Origin: Candidatus Eiseniibacteriota bacterium
Lineage (GTDB): Bacteria; Eisenbacteria; RBG-16-71-46
Assembly (NCBI GenBank): GCA_031364845.1
Contig: JANLWX010000074.1
Span: 1-30,467, forward strand
DNA length: 30,467 nt
Direction: 5' to 3'
Notes under the pieces: generated by a model
The model's database searches: none
What the model was told of the DNA's origin: nothing
What the model saw: only the letters and a program-made list of their open reading frames with translations
In this document: positions 10,298 through 21,826 of the stretch, in pieces
Layout: each line of letters starts with the position of its first letter
Position numbering within the stretch: the first letter of the stretch is position 1
Made by a program: the position numbers and the translations under genes

Positions 10298-11214
10298 CGC
10301 GCACGTCCGGGAGTGGCGTTCGCCGCGAGCTGGAGCGCGATCCGGCACGTCGCGGCGTGGATACGCACCGTGTCCGCGCGATCGCGCGCGTAACCGCCAC
10401 CGAGCGTGACCACCGCCGGGATTCCACGTTCCGCACAGCCTTCGAGCACCAGCCGGTCGCGCTGCTCCAACCCTTCGAAAGTGAGGGCGAGCCCGCCGAG
10501 CAGATCCTCGCGATACGGATCGGCACCCGCCTGGTAGAGCACGATCTGCGGCGCGAATTCCCACACGCTCTCCAGCGCGCGCTTCTCCGCTTCAAGGTAC
10601 GCGGCATCGTCGATACCGTCCGGAAGCCCGATGTCGAGCGAGCTGCGCTGCTTGGGGCTCGGGTAGTTCTGCTCCTGGTGGAGCGAGAGCGTGAACACGC
10701 TCGAATCCGCCGCGAAGATGCCCGCGGTACCGTTGCCCTGATGGACGTCGAGGTCGACCACCGCCGCGCGCTCGATGCCGTGGTCGCGCTGGAGCACGCG
10801 AATCGCGACCGCGAGGTCGTTGAGATAGCAGAAGCCCTCGGCGTGGTCCGCGAACGCGTGATGGAATCCTCCGCCGATGTTCACTCCGAACCCGCCATCG
10901 AGCGCCGCGTGTGCCGCGACGGTCGTGCCCCCGGCGGCGAGCACGTAGGCGCGCACGATGTCGTCCTGCAGCGGCAACTCCGAGGGAACCGTGCGCGGCG
11001 TCCAGCGCAGATGTTCGAGATCGTCGAGATACTCGGGTGTGTGCACGAGCAGGAGATCGTCGCGGCTCGCTGCGACGGGCGCCGATACATCGGCAGCGCC
11101 GATCGCGCCGGCATCGATCAGCGCGGCCAGCACGCGATCGTATTTGTCCATCGGGAACACGTGCGGCCCGATGTCGCATCGATATTCGGAGCTATGGATC
11201 ACGGCAGCGCGCAT
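10294..11214 (-). CDS. Zn-dependent histone deacetylase-family protein (HDAC11/class IV-like)
   Basis: HVFPMDKY, GGGFHHA, GFCYLND, DLDVHQGNGT, YQAGADP, GGGY; alternative start 11220. Confidence 0.93.
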   Translation of the reverse strand: MRAAVIHSSEYRCDIGPHVFPMDKYDRVLAALIDAGAIGAADVSAPVAASRDDLLLVHTPEYLDDLEHLRWTPRTVPSELPLQDDIVRAYVLAAGGTTVAAHAALDGGFGVNIGGGFHHAFADHAEGFCYLNDLAVAIRVLQRDHGIERAAVVDLDVHQGNGTAGIFAADSSVFTLSLHQEQNYPSPKQRSSLDIGLPDGIDDAAYLEAEKRALESVWEFAPQIVLYQAGADPYREDLLGGLALTFEGLEQRDRLVLEGCAERGIPAVVTLGGGYARDRADTVRIHAATCRIALQLAANATPGRAR

Positions 11215-11288
11215 CGGCATGCTGCGCAGGGTGCCACCGGGAGCGCGGGCGTGCAATGCGCGCGTTCGATTGAGTACGATGCCGCTGC

Positions 11289-12533
11289 ATGAATCCGACT
11301 TCGAATGATGCGTCACCGTTCACGCTCCTGCACCGGCATCTGGTGCGGCGCCGCCTCGCGCAATTCGACGTCCGCCTGCGCGTCGAGATCACGTCGCTCG
11401 TGGCACTCATCGGGGCGTTTCTGTTCTGGCAGGCGCGGGTTCCGCTCGACGGCGTTCGCAGAGCTCAGGGTCCACTCGCCGTCGCGGCGATCGTGGCCGT
11501 GATTCTGGCGGCGATCGCGGTTGGCACCGGAATGCTCATCGCCGGCCGCCATGCGCGCCAGCTGCGATCCACACTGCCCGGCCCGGCGTGGCTCGCCCTG
11601 CCGCTGCCGGCCGCGCACGTGGTTACCCACGCGGCATGGGAGGCGCGCTTGTTCGCGGCGGCTGGAGCTGCGCTCGCGCCGGGATTCGTGATCGCAGCGA
11701 TCGGCCTGGTTCCGGTTCCGCTGCTAGTGGTCGTGGCCGTCGCGTTCGTCGCGGCACTCTGGGCCTGCGCGCATCTCGCGACCTATCTCGCGGAGCGTAC
11801 GGTGCTCCACTCGATGCGCCCCGCCGAGCGAGCCCTCGACCCTGCACTTGCGATGCTCGTGGAGGCGCGCGCGACCGCAGCGCGGGAACGGCGGCGCGCG
11901 GCGTGGTGGCGGCGCTCGCCCGCGTGGGTCGCGCTTCTCTATAAAGATGTGGCGCTCGCGACGCGTCCCACGCGTTCGCGCGTCCGGCTCATGGCGCCGA
12001 TCGCGCTCGTGATCCTCTCGTGCGCGGTGTGGCTGCTGCCGCCCTCGAACGAGCGCGAACTGTTCTCGGTCGCCGGCCTGCGCTTCATCGCATTCGCCGC
12101 GGCACTGCTCGCCGCGACGACGTTCGCCGAGTTCCTCGTCGAACTGTCCGGCGCCGATCCCATTTCCGTTCTGCACGGCCTTCCGCTTGGCGCGGGTACG
12201 ATGTGGATGAGCCGCGCCGCCTCCGCGATCCTGTTCGCGGTCATCCTCGCCGCGGGCCAGGCGATTGCCGCGCGGCCGCTCGCACCCGCAGCACTCGGGG
12301 TGTTGCTCGTGTGGCTCACCGTGGCAACGCTCGCGATCACGCTGCTCGGCGTCCACTACGGCATGACGCTCGGCAGCGCGCCCGTCGCGCAGCGCTTTCT
12401 CACACTGACGCTCGTGATCGCAATGGCCGCCAGCATCATGATCCCACTCATGGGGTGGGTCGTGCTGTTCACCGCCGTCATCCACTCCGCGCGCCGCGTC
12501 CCGCGCTGGGCCCGTCTCGAGACCGAGCGATGA
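11289..12533 (+). CDS. Polytopic membrane protein, putative ABC exporter permease
   Basis: Many hydrophobic segments in two halves (ALLYKDV linker); stop overlaps ATG of ABC ATPase. Confidence 0.75.
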   Translation: MNPTSNDASPFTLLHRHLVRRRLAQFDVRLRVEITSLVALIGAFLFWQARVPLDGVRRAQGPLAVAAIVAVILAAIAVGTGMLIAGRHARQLRSTLPGPAWLALPLPAAHVVTHAAWEARLFAAAGAALAPGFVIAAIGLVPVPLLVVVAVAFVAALWACAHLATYLAERTVLHSMRPAERALDPALAMLVEARATAARERRRAAWWRRSPAWVALLYKDVALATRPTRSRVRLMAPIALVILSCAVWLLPPSNERELFSVAGLRFIAFAAALLAATTFAEFLVELSGADPISVLHGLPLGAGTMWMSRAASAILFAVILAAGQAIAARPLAPAALGVLLVWLTVATLAITLLGVHYGMTLGSAPVAQRFLTLTLVIAMAASIMIPLMGWVVLFTAVIHSARRVPRWARLETER

Positions 12534-13261
12534 TGCAGCTCACCGATCTCGGCCGCAGCTATGGAACGTTGCGCGCGCTCGATGCCGTCTCGCTGGTCGT
12601 CAACGGCGGCGAGATCGTCGGCCTCCTCGGCGCCAATGGCGCGGGCAAGAGCACGCTGCTTCGCACGGCGGCCGGGCTGCAGGCGCCGGATCAGGGAAGC
12701 GTGCACATCGCGGGCGTCGATCTGTGGCGCGATCCCATTCCGGCGAAACAGCGGCTTGGCTATGCCGCCGAGGAACCGCAATTCTATGAAGAACTCTCGG
12801 CCGAGGAGTACTTGGCGTTCGTCGCCGGAGTGCGCGGCCTTGATCCCAACGACGCGCGAAAGCGCACGCACGAACTCGCGGACCGGTTCGGCTTGCGCGA
12901 GCGCATGAACGAACCGGTCCGCCAGTTTTCTCATGGAATGCGTAAGAAGGTGTCGTTCCTCGCCGCGGTGCTCCATCGCCCCGCAGTCCTGTTGTGTGAC
13001 GAGGCGTTCGAAGGCTTCGACGTCGAGGCGGCGCTGGCCGCGAAAGAAGAAGTGCGTGCGCTCGCGGCGGCAGGATGCGCCGTTCTCTTCTCGAGCCATG
13101 TCACGGAGACGATCGAACGCCTCTGCGATCGAGTGGTCATGCTGCATCGCGGACGGGTCGCGCGCACGCTCGAGCGCTCGGCCTGGGGAAGTGCCGGTGC
13201 CGAGGTCTCCGTACTGGAACGCGAGTTTCTCTCGATGATTCGCGGGACGCCGGGGAGTTGA
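12530..13261 (+). CDS. ABC transporter ATP-binding protein (ABC-2/EcsA-like)
   Basis: Walker A GANGAGKS, signature FSHGMRKK, Walker B LLCDE, H-loop SSH; ATGA overlap with permease. Confidence 0.93.
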   Translation: MMQLTDLGRSYGTLRALDAVSLVVNGGEIVGLLGANGAGKSTLLRTAAGLQAPDQGSVHIAGVDLWRDPIPAKQRLGYAAEEPQFYEELSAEEYLAFVAGVRGLDPNDARKRTHELADRFGLRERMNEPVRQFSHGMRKKVSFLAAVLHRPAVLLCDEAFEGFDVEAALAAKEEVRALAAAGCAVLFSSHVTETIERLCDRVVMLHRGRVARTLERSAWGSAGAEVSVLEREFLSMIRGTPGS

Positions 13262-13273
13262 TCGGGCCGCGAA

Positions 13274-14167
13274 TTATCGCGCGGCCTTGCGGGACTCGAT
13301 GAACTCGACCCCTGCGACACCCGCGAGGATCAGCGCGGCTCCGATCCACCATGGACCGGCGAAGCTTTCGCCACCCATGGTCACCGCGAACCCGAGCGCG
13401 AATACGGGTTCGAGCGCGAATAGCAATCCGATGCGACCCGCGGGCAGGACGCGCTGCGCGGTGATGTGAAGGTAGGGCGCGATCGTGCTGCCGGCGACCG
13501 CGAGATAACCGAGGCGCACGAGGTCGGGGCGCTGAAGTCCGGCGAGTGCTTCGAAGGGCGCGTGCACGAACGGTGTGAGCGCGAGCGCCAGCGTCGCCGT
13601 CTGGATGAACGCGATCGCGATCGGTGCGGCACCCGGTGCGTATCGCGAGAGCACGACGATCTGCAAGGCATAGGCGATCGAGCCCAGCAGCGTCCACACT
13701 TCTCCGGCACCCAGTTTGAGTGCGCCTTCGGTGGGCAGCAGCGCGGAGCCGGCGAGCGCCAGCGCGATTCCCGCGAGCAGAAGTCCCGACGGTCGCTGGG
13801 CGAGTAGCGGCCATGCGAAAAGTGCCGCGAACAATGTGCCCACGCAGGTGAGGAACGCCGAGGTTCCGGCGGTGGTCGATTGGAGTCCGATTGCCTGGCA
13901 CAAATATCCGGCGGCGGCACACAGGCCTCCCAGTGCCCCGCCGATCCACGCACTGCGACCGAACCGCGGGCGCAGCAGTACGGCGACGATGCCGAGCAGG
14001 ACGGCGGCGGCGGTGAAGCGCAGAAACACCAGCGTCACCGGATCGAGCGCGCGCACACTGTCGCGGATCACGACGAACGTTCCGCCCCACAGCAACGTCG
14101 CGCCGAGCATGGCCGCGACCGCCGCGCGCTCGGTGATCGCCGGATTGCCCGCGCGCGGCTTCGCCAT
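13274..14167 (-). CDS. DMT/EamA-family transporter
   Basis: ATG 14167; LLWGGTFVVIR, LRFTAA, GLQSTTAGTSAF, LFALEPVFA; about 10 TM helices. Confidence 0.9.
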   Translation of the reverse strand: MAKPRAGNPAITERAAVAAMLGATLLWGGTFVVIRDSVRALDPVTLVFLRFTAAAVLLGIVAVLLRPRFGRSAWIGGALGGLCAAAGYLCQAIGLQSTTAGTSAFLTCVGTLFAALFAWPLLAQRPSGLLLAGIALALAGSALLPTEGALKLGAGEVWTLLGSIAYALQIVVLSRYAPGAAPIAIAFIQTATLALALTPFVHAPFEALAGLQRPDLVRLGYLAVAGSTIAPYLHITAQRVLPAGRIGLLFALEPVFALGFAVTMGGESFAGPWWIGAALILAGVAGVEFIESRKAAR

Positions 14168-14181
14168 CGGTGCGCCCGGAC

Positions 14182-14832
14182 TCAGCCGCGCGCGCGGCGT
14201 TTGCGCGGCGAACGTTCCTCGGCGAGCGCGAACGACAGACTCTCGAATTCGAGAGTCATGTCGACGTTGCGCACGGTGACGTTCTTCGGGACGAACAGTT
14301 TGCGCGGCGCGAAATTCAGGATGCCGCGAATGCCGGCCGCCGTCAGCGCGTCGGCGATGTCCTGCGCCGCGGCGGCGGGGGTGGTGATGACGCCGATCTC
14401 GAACGCGCCCGATGCGGCGATGGCGGGCATCTCGGCGACGTCGTGAACCACGTGCGTCCCGAGCGAGAGACCGACGCGGCGGGGATCGCGATCGAACACC
14501 GCAACGACTTCGAATCCCTGCTCGAGGAATCCGCGATAGGCGAGCAGCGCCGAGCCGATATGTCCGGCGCCCACCACCGCAACCTTCCAGCGCCGCTCGA
14601 GGCCGAGGATGGTACGGATCTCCGCGCGCAGATGCGCGACGTTGTAGCCGAGCCCGCGGCGTCCGAAGGATCCGAAGTACGACAGATCCTTGCGCACCTG
14701 CGCCGACGTCACGCCTTCGCGCTCGGCGAGCAGATGCGAGGAGATCATGCGCTTGCCTTCGGCGCCGACTTCTTCGAGCACGCGGTAGTAGTGCGAGAGA
14801 CGGCGCACCGTGGATTCGGAGATGTGGCTCAT
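14182..14832 (-). CDS. rex: Redox-sensing transcriptional repressor Rex
   Basis: ISESTVRRLSHY, ISSHLLA, AQVRKDLSYFGSFGRRGLGYNV, VGAGHIGSAL, GILNFAP; alternative GTG start at 14880. Confidence 0.96.
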   Translation of the reverse strand: MSHISESTVRRLSHYYRVLEEVGAEGKRMISSHLLAEREGVTSAQVRKDLSYFGSFGRRGLGYNVAHLRAEIRTILGLERRWKVAVVGAGHIGSALLAYRGFLEQGFEVVAVFDRDPRRVGLSLGTHVVHDVAEMPAIAASGAFEIGVITTPAAAAQDIADALTAAGIRGILNFAPRKLFVPKNVTVRNVDMTLEFESLSFALAEERSPRKRRARG

Positions 14833-14864
14833 CGGCGTTGCCGGCAACCCCGCCCGCGTCGTGC

Positions 14865-14882
14865 TGGTGAACGTTTTCACAA
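14865..14882. promoter_or_regulatory. Rex operator (ROP)
   Basis: TGGTGAA-CGTT-TTCACAA, one mismatch to TTGTGAA-N4-TTCACAA, about 30 bp upstream of the rex ATG. Confidence 0.85.
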
Positions 14883-14936
14883 GCAAGGGCCGAGCACCGG
14901 GGGCCCTTGTTCCGGCCCCCTCGCTCACTTCCGGGA

Positions 14937-17462
14937 TCAGGGCGCTTCGGTGCCCTCCGTGCCTGCGTCCGCTTCGCCGACGACGGCGTCATCGGCGCCC
15001 GCCACCGCATCGCCTTCACTGACCACGCGCGTGACACCGGCCACCGTATCGGGAAGCAGTTGTCCTTCTTCGGGCTTGAGGTCCACGAGTCGCACACCCT
15101 GCGTGTTGCGGCCGATCACGGAGATGCCGGCCACCGGCATGCGGATCATCTGACCGTTCTTCGTGATGATCATCAGCTCATCGCCGTCGACGACTTCCTT
15201 GACGGCCACGATCTGACCGTTCCGTTCGGTCGTCTTGATGGTGATGATGCCCTTGCCGCCGCGATGCGAGACGCGATATTCCGAGATCTCGCTGCGCTTG
15301 CCGTAACCATGCTCGGTGACCGCGAGCAGCGTCGCCTGACGCTTCACGCCGACCATGCTCACGACTTCGTCGTCCTTGTCGTCGAGCGTCACCGCCTTCA
15401 CGCCGTACGCGGTGCGGCCCATGGCCCGCACTTCGTTCTCGTGGAAGCGGATCGCGAGACCCTTCTTCTTCGCGAGGATGATGTCCTGCGTGCCGTCACT
15501 GATCATCGCCTCGATCAGCGCGTCGTCGTCCTCGAGCAGCACGGCGTTGATCCCGGCCTTGCGCACGTTGCCATAGGCGGACAACAGCGTCTTCTTGATC
15601 AGGCCCTTGCGCGTCGCGCACACGAGGAAATGCTGGTCATCGAAGTCCTTGACCGCGACCACCGCCTGCACGCGCTCGTCACGGCTCATGCCTTCGAGAT
15701 GATTCACGAGCGGGCGGCCCTTCGCCATGCGGCCGGCCGATTCGATCTCGTGCACCTTGAGCCAGTAGCAGCGTCCCTTGTCGGTGAGGAACAGCAGATA
15801 GGCATGCGTGTTCGCCACGAACAGGTGCTCGATGAAGTCTTCCTCTTTGGTGCGCGCGCCGATCACGCCCTTGCCGCCGCGGCGCTGCGAGCGGTACGAG
15901 GTGACCTCCTGCCGCTTGATGTAGCCGGCGTGCGAGACCGTGATCACCATGTCCTTCTGCTCGATCGTGTCTTCGTACCCGATGTCGCCCTCTTCGACGA
16001 TGATCTGGGTGCGGCGCTCGTCGCCGAAGCGGTCGCGCAGCTTGCGGACTTCGTCCTGGATGATCGCCAGCATCTTCTGCGGGCTTGCGAGGATGCTCCG
16101 CAGCTGCTCGATCAACTGGATGATCTCGAGATACTCCTGCTCGATCTTCGCACGCTCGAGTCCGGTGAGCCGCTGGAGGCGCATTTCGAGGATCGCGCTC
16201 GCCTGGATCTCGGTGAGCTTGAACGTCGTCATCAATCCGGTGCGCGCGGTCTCGACGTCCTTCGACGCGCGGATCAGCGCAATCACCTGGTCGAGATGAT
16301 CGAGCGCGATCTTCAAGCCTTCGAGGATGTGCGCGCGGCGCTCGGCCTCGGCGAGGTCGAACTCCGTGCGGCGGCGGACGACGACCTGGCGGTGCTCGAT
16401 GTACTGGTCGATGAGCGCGCGCAGCGTGAGCACCTGCGGCCGGTTGTTCACGAGGCCCAGCATGATCGCGCCGAACGTGGTCTGCAGCGGCGTGTGCACG
16501 AACAACTGGTTCAGCACGACCTTGGGATTCGCGTCCTTGCGCAGCTCGACGACGATGCGCATGCCGTCGCGATCGGACTCGTCACGCAGATCGCTGATCC
16601 CCGTCACGCGCCCCTCGCGAACCAGGTCCGCGATCTTCTCGAGCAGCGCCGACTTGTTGACCTGGAACGGAATCTCGGTCGCGACCAGGCTCATGCGGCC
16701 GGCGCGCCCTTCTTCGACGATCACCCGCGCGCGCATCTTCATCAGACCGCGGCCGGTGGTGTAGCAGTCGACGATCCCCTGGGTCCCGTTGATGATGCCG
16801 CCGGTAGGGAAGTCCGGGCCCTTGACGATCTTGATGAGATCCGCGGTCGTCGTGTCGGGCTTGTCGATCACCAGGATGATCGCATCGCAGATCTCGGTGA
16901 GATTGTGCGGCGGGACTTCAGTCGCCATTCCCACCGCGATGCCGGAGCATCCGTTGATGAGCAGGTTCGGCACCACGCCCGGCAGCACGGTCGGCTCTTC
17001 GCGCGTCTCGTCGTAGTTCGAACGGAAGTCCACCGTGTTCTTCTCGAGATCGTTGAGCATCTCGACCGCGAGCGGCGTGAGGCGCGCTTCGGTGTAACGC
17101 ATCGCCGCGGGCGCGTCGCCGTCGATCGATCCGAAGTTGCCCTGGCCGTCGACCAGCGGGTAGCGCATCACCCACGGCTGCGCCATGCGCACGAGCGTGG
17201 GATAGACCACCTGCTCGCCGTGCGGGTGGTAATTACCGGACGTGTCGCCCGCGATCTTCGCGCACTTGCGGTAGGGGCGGCCGGGGACCAGGTTGAGGTC
17301 GTTCATCGCCACCAGGATGCGGCGCTGCGACGGCTTGAGTCCGTCGCGAACATCCGGAAGCGCGCGTGAGACGATGACCGACATCGAGTAGTCGATGTAG
17401 CTGGTCTTCATCTCGTCTTCGATATTGGTGACGACAACTCGCGTGCGGTCGTTCAATGACAT
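14937..17462 (-). CDS. gyrA: DNA gyrase subunit A
   Basis: [13 protein letters not shown], catalytic [15 protein letters not shown], GyrA-box QRRGGKG, C-terminal pinwheel repeats. Confidence 0.99.
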   Translation of the reverse strand: MSLNDRTRVVVTNIEDEMKTSYIDYSMSVIVSRALPDVRDGLKPSQRRILVAMNDLNLVPGRPYRKCAKIAGDTSGNYHPHGEQVVYPTLVRMAQPWVMRYPLVDGQGNFGSIDGDAPAAMRYTEARLTPLAVEMLNDLEKNTVDFRSNYDETREEPTVLPGVVPNLLINGCSGIAVGMATEVPPHNLTEICDAIILVIDKPDTTTADLIKIVKGPDFPTGGIINGTQGIVDCYTTGRGLMKMRARVIVEEGRAGRMSLVATEIPFQVNKSALLEKIADLVREGRVTGISDLRDESDRDGMRIVVELRKDANPKVVLNQLFVHTPLQTTFGAIMLGLVNNRPQVLTLRALIDQYIEHRQVVVRRRTEFDLAEAERRAHILEGLKIALDHLDQVIALIRASKDVETARTGLMTTFKLTEIQASAILEMRLQRLTGLERAKIEQEYLEIIQLIEQLRSILASPQKMLAIIQDEVRKLRDRFGDERRTQIIVEEGDIGYEDTIEQKDMVITVSHAGYIKRQEVTSYRSQRRGGKGVIGARTKEEDFIEHLFVANTHAYLLFLTDKGRCYWLKVHEIESAGRMAKGRPLVNHLEGMSRDERVQAVVAVKDFDDQHFLVCATRKGLIKKTLLSAYGNVRKAGINAVLLEDDDALIEAMISDGTQDIILAKKKGLAIRFHENEVRAMGRTAYGVKAVTLDDKDDEVVSMVGVKRQATLLAVTEHGYGKRSEISEYRVSHRGGKGIITIKTTERNGQIVAVKEVVDGDELMIITKNGQMIRMPVAGISVIGRNTQGVRLVDLKPEEGQLLPDTVAGVTRVVSEGDAVAGADDAVVGEADAGTEGTEAP

Positions 17463-17465
17463 GGT

Positions 17466-18082
17466 TCAGTTCTCGCTTCCGGGAGTAGCCTTCCGTGGCG
17501 TTCGCGCATCCGCGGCGGCAGCCGGCTGCCACATCAGATCCACGGTCGCTCGAACGTAGTGGTCCTGTCGTTCTTCGAGCAGTTGATTCCAGCGCACCGA
17601 TATTCCGAGCGCCGCGGTCGGCCGCAGCCGGCGGCTCGCGCCGGCGCCAACACTGAAGCCGACCGCGCTCACGGCGTTGTAGATCTCGCCGAGCCGGTCG
17701 TCCTGCAGCCGGTAGTATCCCCACGTGGCGCCCGCCCGGGCATCCCAGCGTTCATTGCGCACCAGCGCGATGTCACCGCGCCACGCGCCACCGAGAATTC
17801 CACGATGGTCCTCGGCAACCGCGCCGAGGTCGGTGCCGTCGTTGGGATCGCGCAGGCGGCCGACGCGCGATCCGAGATCGTCGGCGAACAGCATCGGCCC
17901 GAACTCGAAACCCGGGACGACTTCCCACAGCATCGCGGCCGTCACCGCGGCCCCCGAACGCTTGGGGCCGTCGGACGACGCGGCGGTGACGCCAAATCCG
18001 ATCTCGAGTCGCGGAGCGGCGTGGCTCGATCCCGCCAGCGCCAGCGTCGCGAGGGCAGCGGCCAGAATCCCCCGGGCGCGCA

Positions 18083-18083
<1 letters not shown>
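17466..18083 (-). CDS. Hypothetical secreted protein, probable small outer-membrane beta-barrel
   Basis: ATG overlaps gyrB stop (TGATG); signal peptide MRARGILAAALATLALAGSSHA; alternating beta-strand patterns (VGFSVGAGAS, ALGISVRW, YVRATVDLMW). Confidence 0.75.
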
Positions 18084-20325
<2,242 letters not shown>

Positions 20326-20327
20326 TC

Positions 20328-21476
20328 TCAACCCGCCGCGTCGGCGAGTCGCAGGGGCATGATCAGACAGAGCAGGTCTTCATCCGCCTGGGGCAGGGCG
20401 CCGGCCGGTTCGACGACACCCGCGGACAACGCGGTGTTGAGCCGGAACGTCACCTGCTCGGTCGGAATGCTCTTGAGGATTTCGAGCAGGTAGCCCGCAT
20501 TGTAGCCGATCTCCATCGGTTCGCCCTTGTACGTGGCTTCAATGTGATGCTCGCCGGCGCCCAGTTCGGTGGCCGACGACACGCCGAGCTTGTCCTCGCT
20601 CACCGAGAACCGCACCTGGCGCGTGACGTTGTCCGCGTGGGACGCGACGATGTCCACCGCTTCCACCAGATCGGTCCGCGGAACCGTGAGGCTCTTGGGA
20701 TTGTCCTTCGGAATCACCTGCTCGTAGTTCGGATAAGGCCCTTCGAGCAGGCGCGTGATGATCTGCACGCGGTACTCGCCGACCTGCATTCCGAAGCCGG
20801 CCTGATTACGACCGGCGGCGATCTGGATCTCCACCGGACTCGTGGCGTCCTGCGCGGTGCGGCTCACGGCCTGAAAGGCGCGCGAAGGAACGATCACGCC
20901 GTCCTTGCTCAGGCCGGTGAACGAACCCTTGCGTGTGGCCTTGGCCAGCCGATGGCCGTCGGTGGCGACGAACACGACCTGCTCGCCGGAACCCTGGAGC
21001 AGCACACCGTTCAACTGCGGACGGGTTTCCTCGGTCGAGGCCGAATAACTGCTGCGATCGACGAGCCGGCTCAGAACGTCGGCTTCGAGGGTCAGGGTTG
21101 CTTCGGCTTTGAGATCCGGGACCCGCGGAAAGTCGGCGGGGTCCTGAGTCGGGAAGCGCGACCAGCCCTTGCCGTCGCCGTACTTGACCTCGCACTGTTG
21201 CTGCTTCACGGCGAGTGTCAGGATACCGCGCGACATCTTGCGGACGACTTCGTTGAAGTGCCGGGCGGATACCGCCGCACGGCCGGGCTCCTGAACCTTG
21301 CAGGGAACCTTGACCGAAGTCGTGACGTCGAGATCCGTTCCGGTGATCGTGAGCACGCCGTCTGCCGCCTCGAGCAGAACACAGCTGAGCAGTGGCAACG
21401 GGCTGCGATTCGATACCGAACCCAGGGCTCGCCCGACGGCAAAGGCAAGATCACCCTGCTGGATGGACAATTCCAT
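20328..21476 (-). CDS. dnaN: DNA polymerase III beta sliding clamp
   Basis: ATG 21476 with GGGAG RBS; PLLSCVLL, GTDLD, RPQLNGV, VATDGHRL, RLLEGPYPNYEQVIP, LIMPLRL. Confidence 0.98.
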   Translation of the reverse strand: MELSIQQGDLAFAVGRALGSVSNRSPLPLLSCVLLEAADGVLTITGTDLDVTTSVKVPCKVQEPGRAAVSARHFNEVVRKMSRGILTLAVKQQQCEVKYGDGKGWSRFPTQDPADFPRVPDLKAEATLTLEADVLSRLVDRSSYSASTEETRPQLNGVLLQGSGEQVVFVATDGHRLAKATRKGSFTGLSKDGVIVPSRAFQAVSRTAQDATSPVEIQIAAGRNQAGFGMQVGEYRVQIITRLLEGPYPNYEQVIPKDNPKSLTVPRTDLVEAVDIVASHADNVTRQVRFSVSEDKLGVSSATELGAGEHHIEATYKGEPMEIGYNAGYLLEILKSIPTEQVTFRLNTALSAGVVEPAGALPQADEDLLCLIMPLRLADAAG

Positions 21477-21570
21477 ACGGTCACTCCCATACGCGCTGGA
21501 AGCCAATGACTGGCCTGAGGTTCCGGGGGTCGTGACGGAGCTTACGGGAGCCATGTCATGAGAAGTGCGC

Positions 21571-21599
21571 ATCATAGGGTGACGACCCTATGGCTGCAA
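21571..21599 (-). promoter_or_regulatory. sigma70-type promoter of dnaN containing a 20-bp palindrome
   Basis: Minus strand TTGCAG-N17-TATGAT; CATAGGGT-GACG-ACCCTATG (21573-21592) overlaps the -10 and spacer. Confidence 0.65.
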
Positions 21600-21826
21600 G
21601 CACTTTCCTCCCTTCTAAGTCGTTGATTTACAAAGAGAAAGAAGCTAGTAACCGTAGGCGGTGAAGGATCGGTGGAGAGCGCCCGATCGCGACCTGTAAT
21701 CCGATGTCGCGCAGCGCGTTACGGGACCGGATGTCGATGGGGACAACTCGAACGGTTGTCCCCATCTCCCAGAACCGCCTTCCCGCGAGCCACTCAGTCC
21801 CCAAGTGTCCACGGGTTCTCCACAGT
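21600..21826. other. oriC part 2 (dnaA-dnaN intergenic): IHF site, A-rich tract, DnaA-box-like sites
   Basis: IHF consensus WATCAANNNNTTR matched exactly on minus strand (AATCAACGACTTA, 21616-21628); TAG/TAA trio-like run 21646-21657; TTCTCCACA 21816-21824; inverted TTGTCCCCA pair 21738-21746/21756-21764. Confidence 0.7.

Noticed and set aside
14907..17369. 820-aa + strand ORF
   Set aside because: Antisense shadow of gyrA
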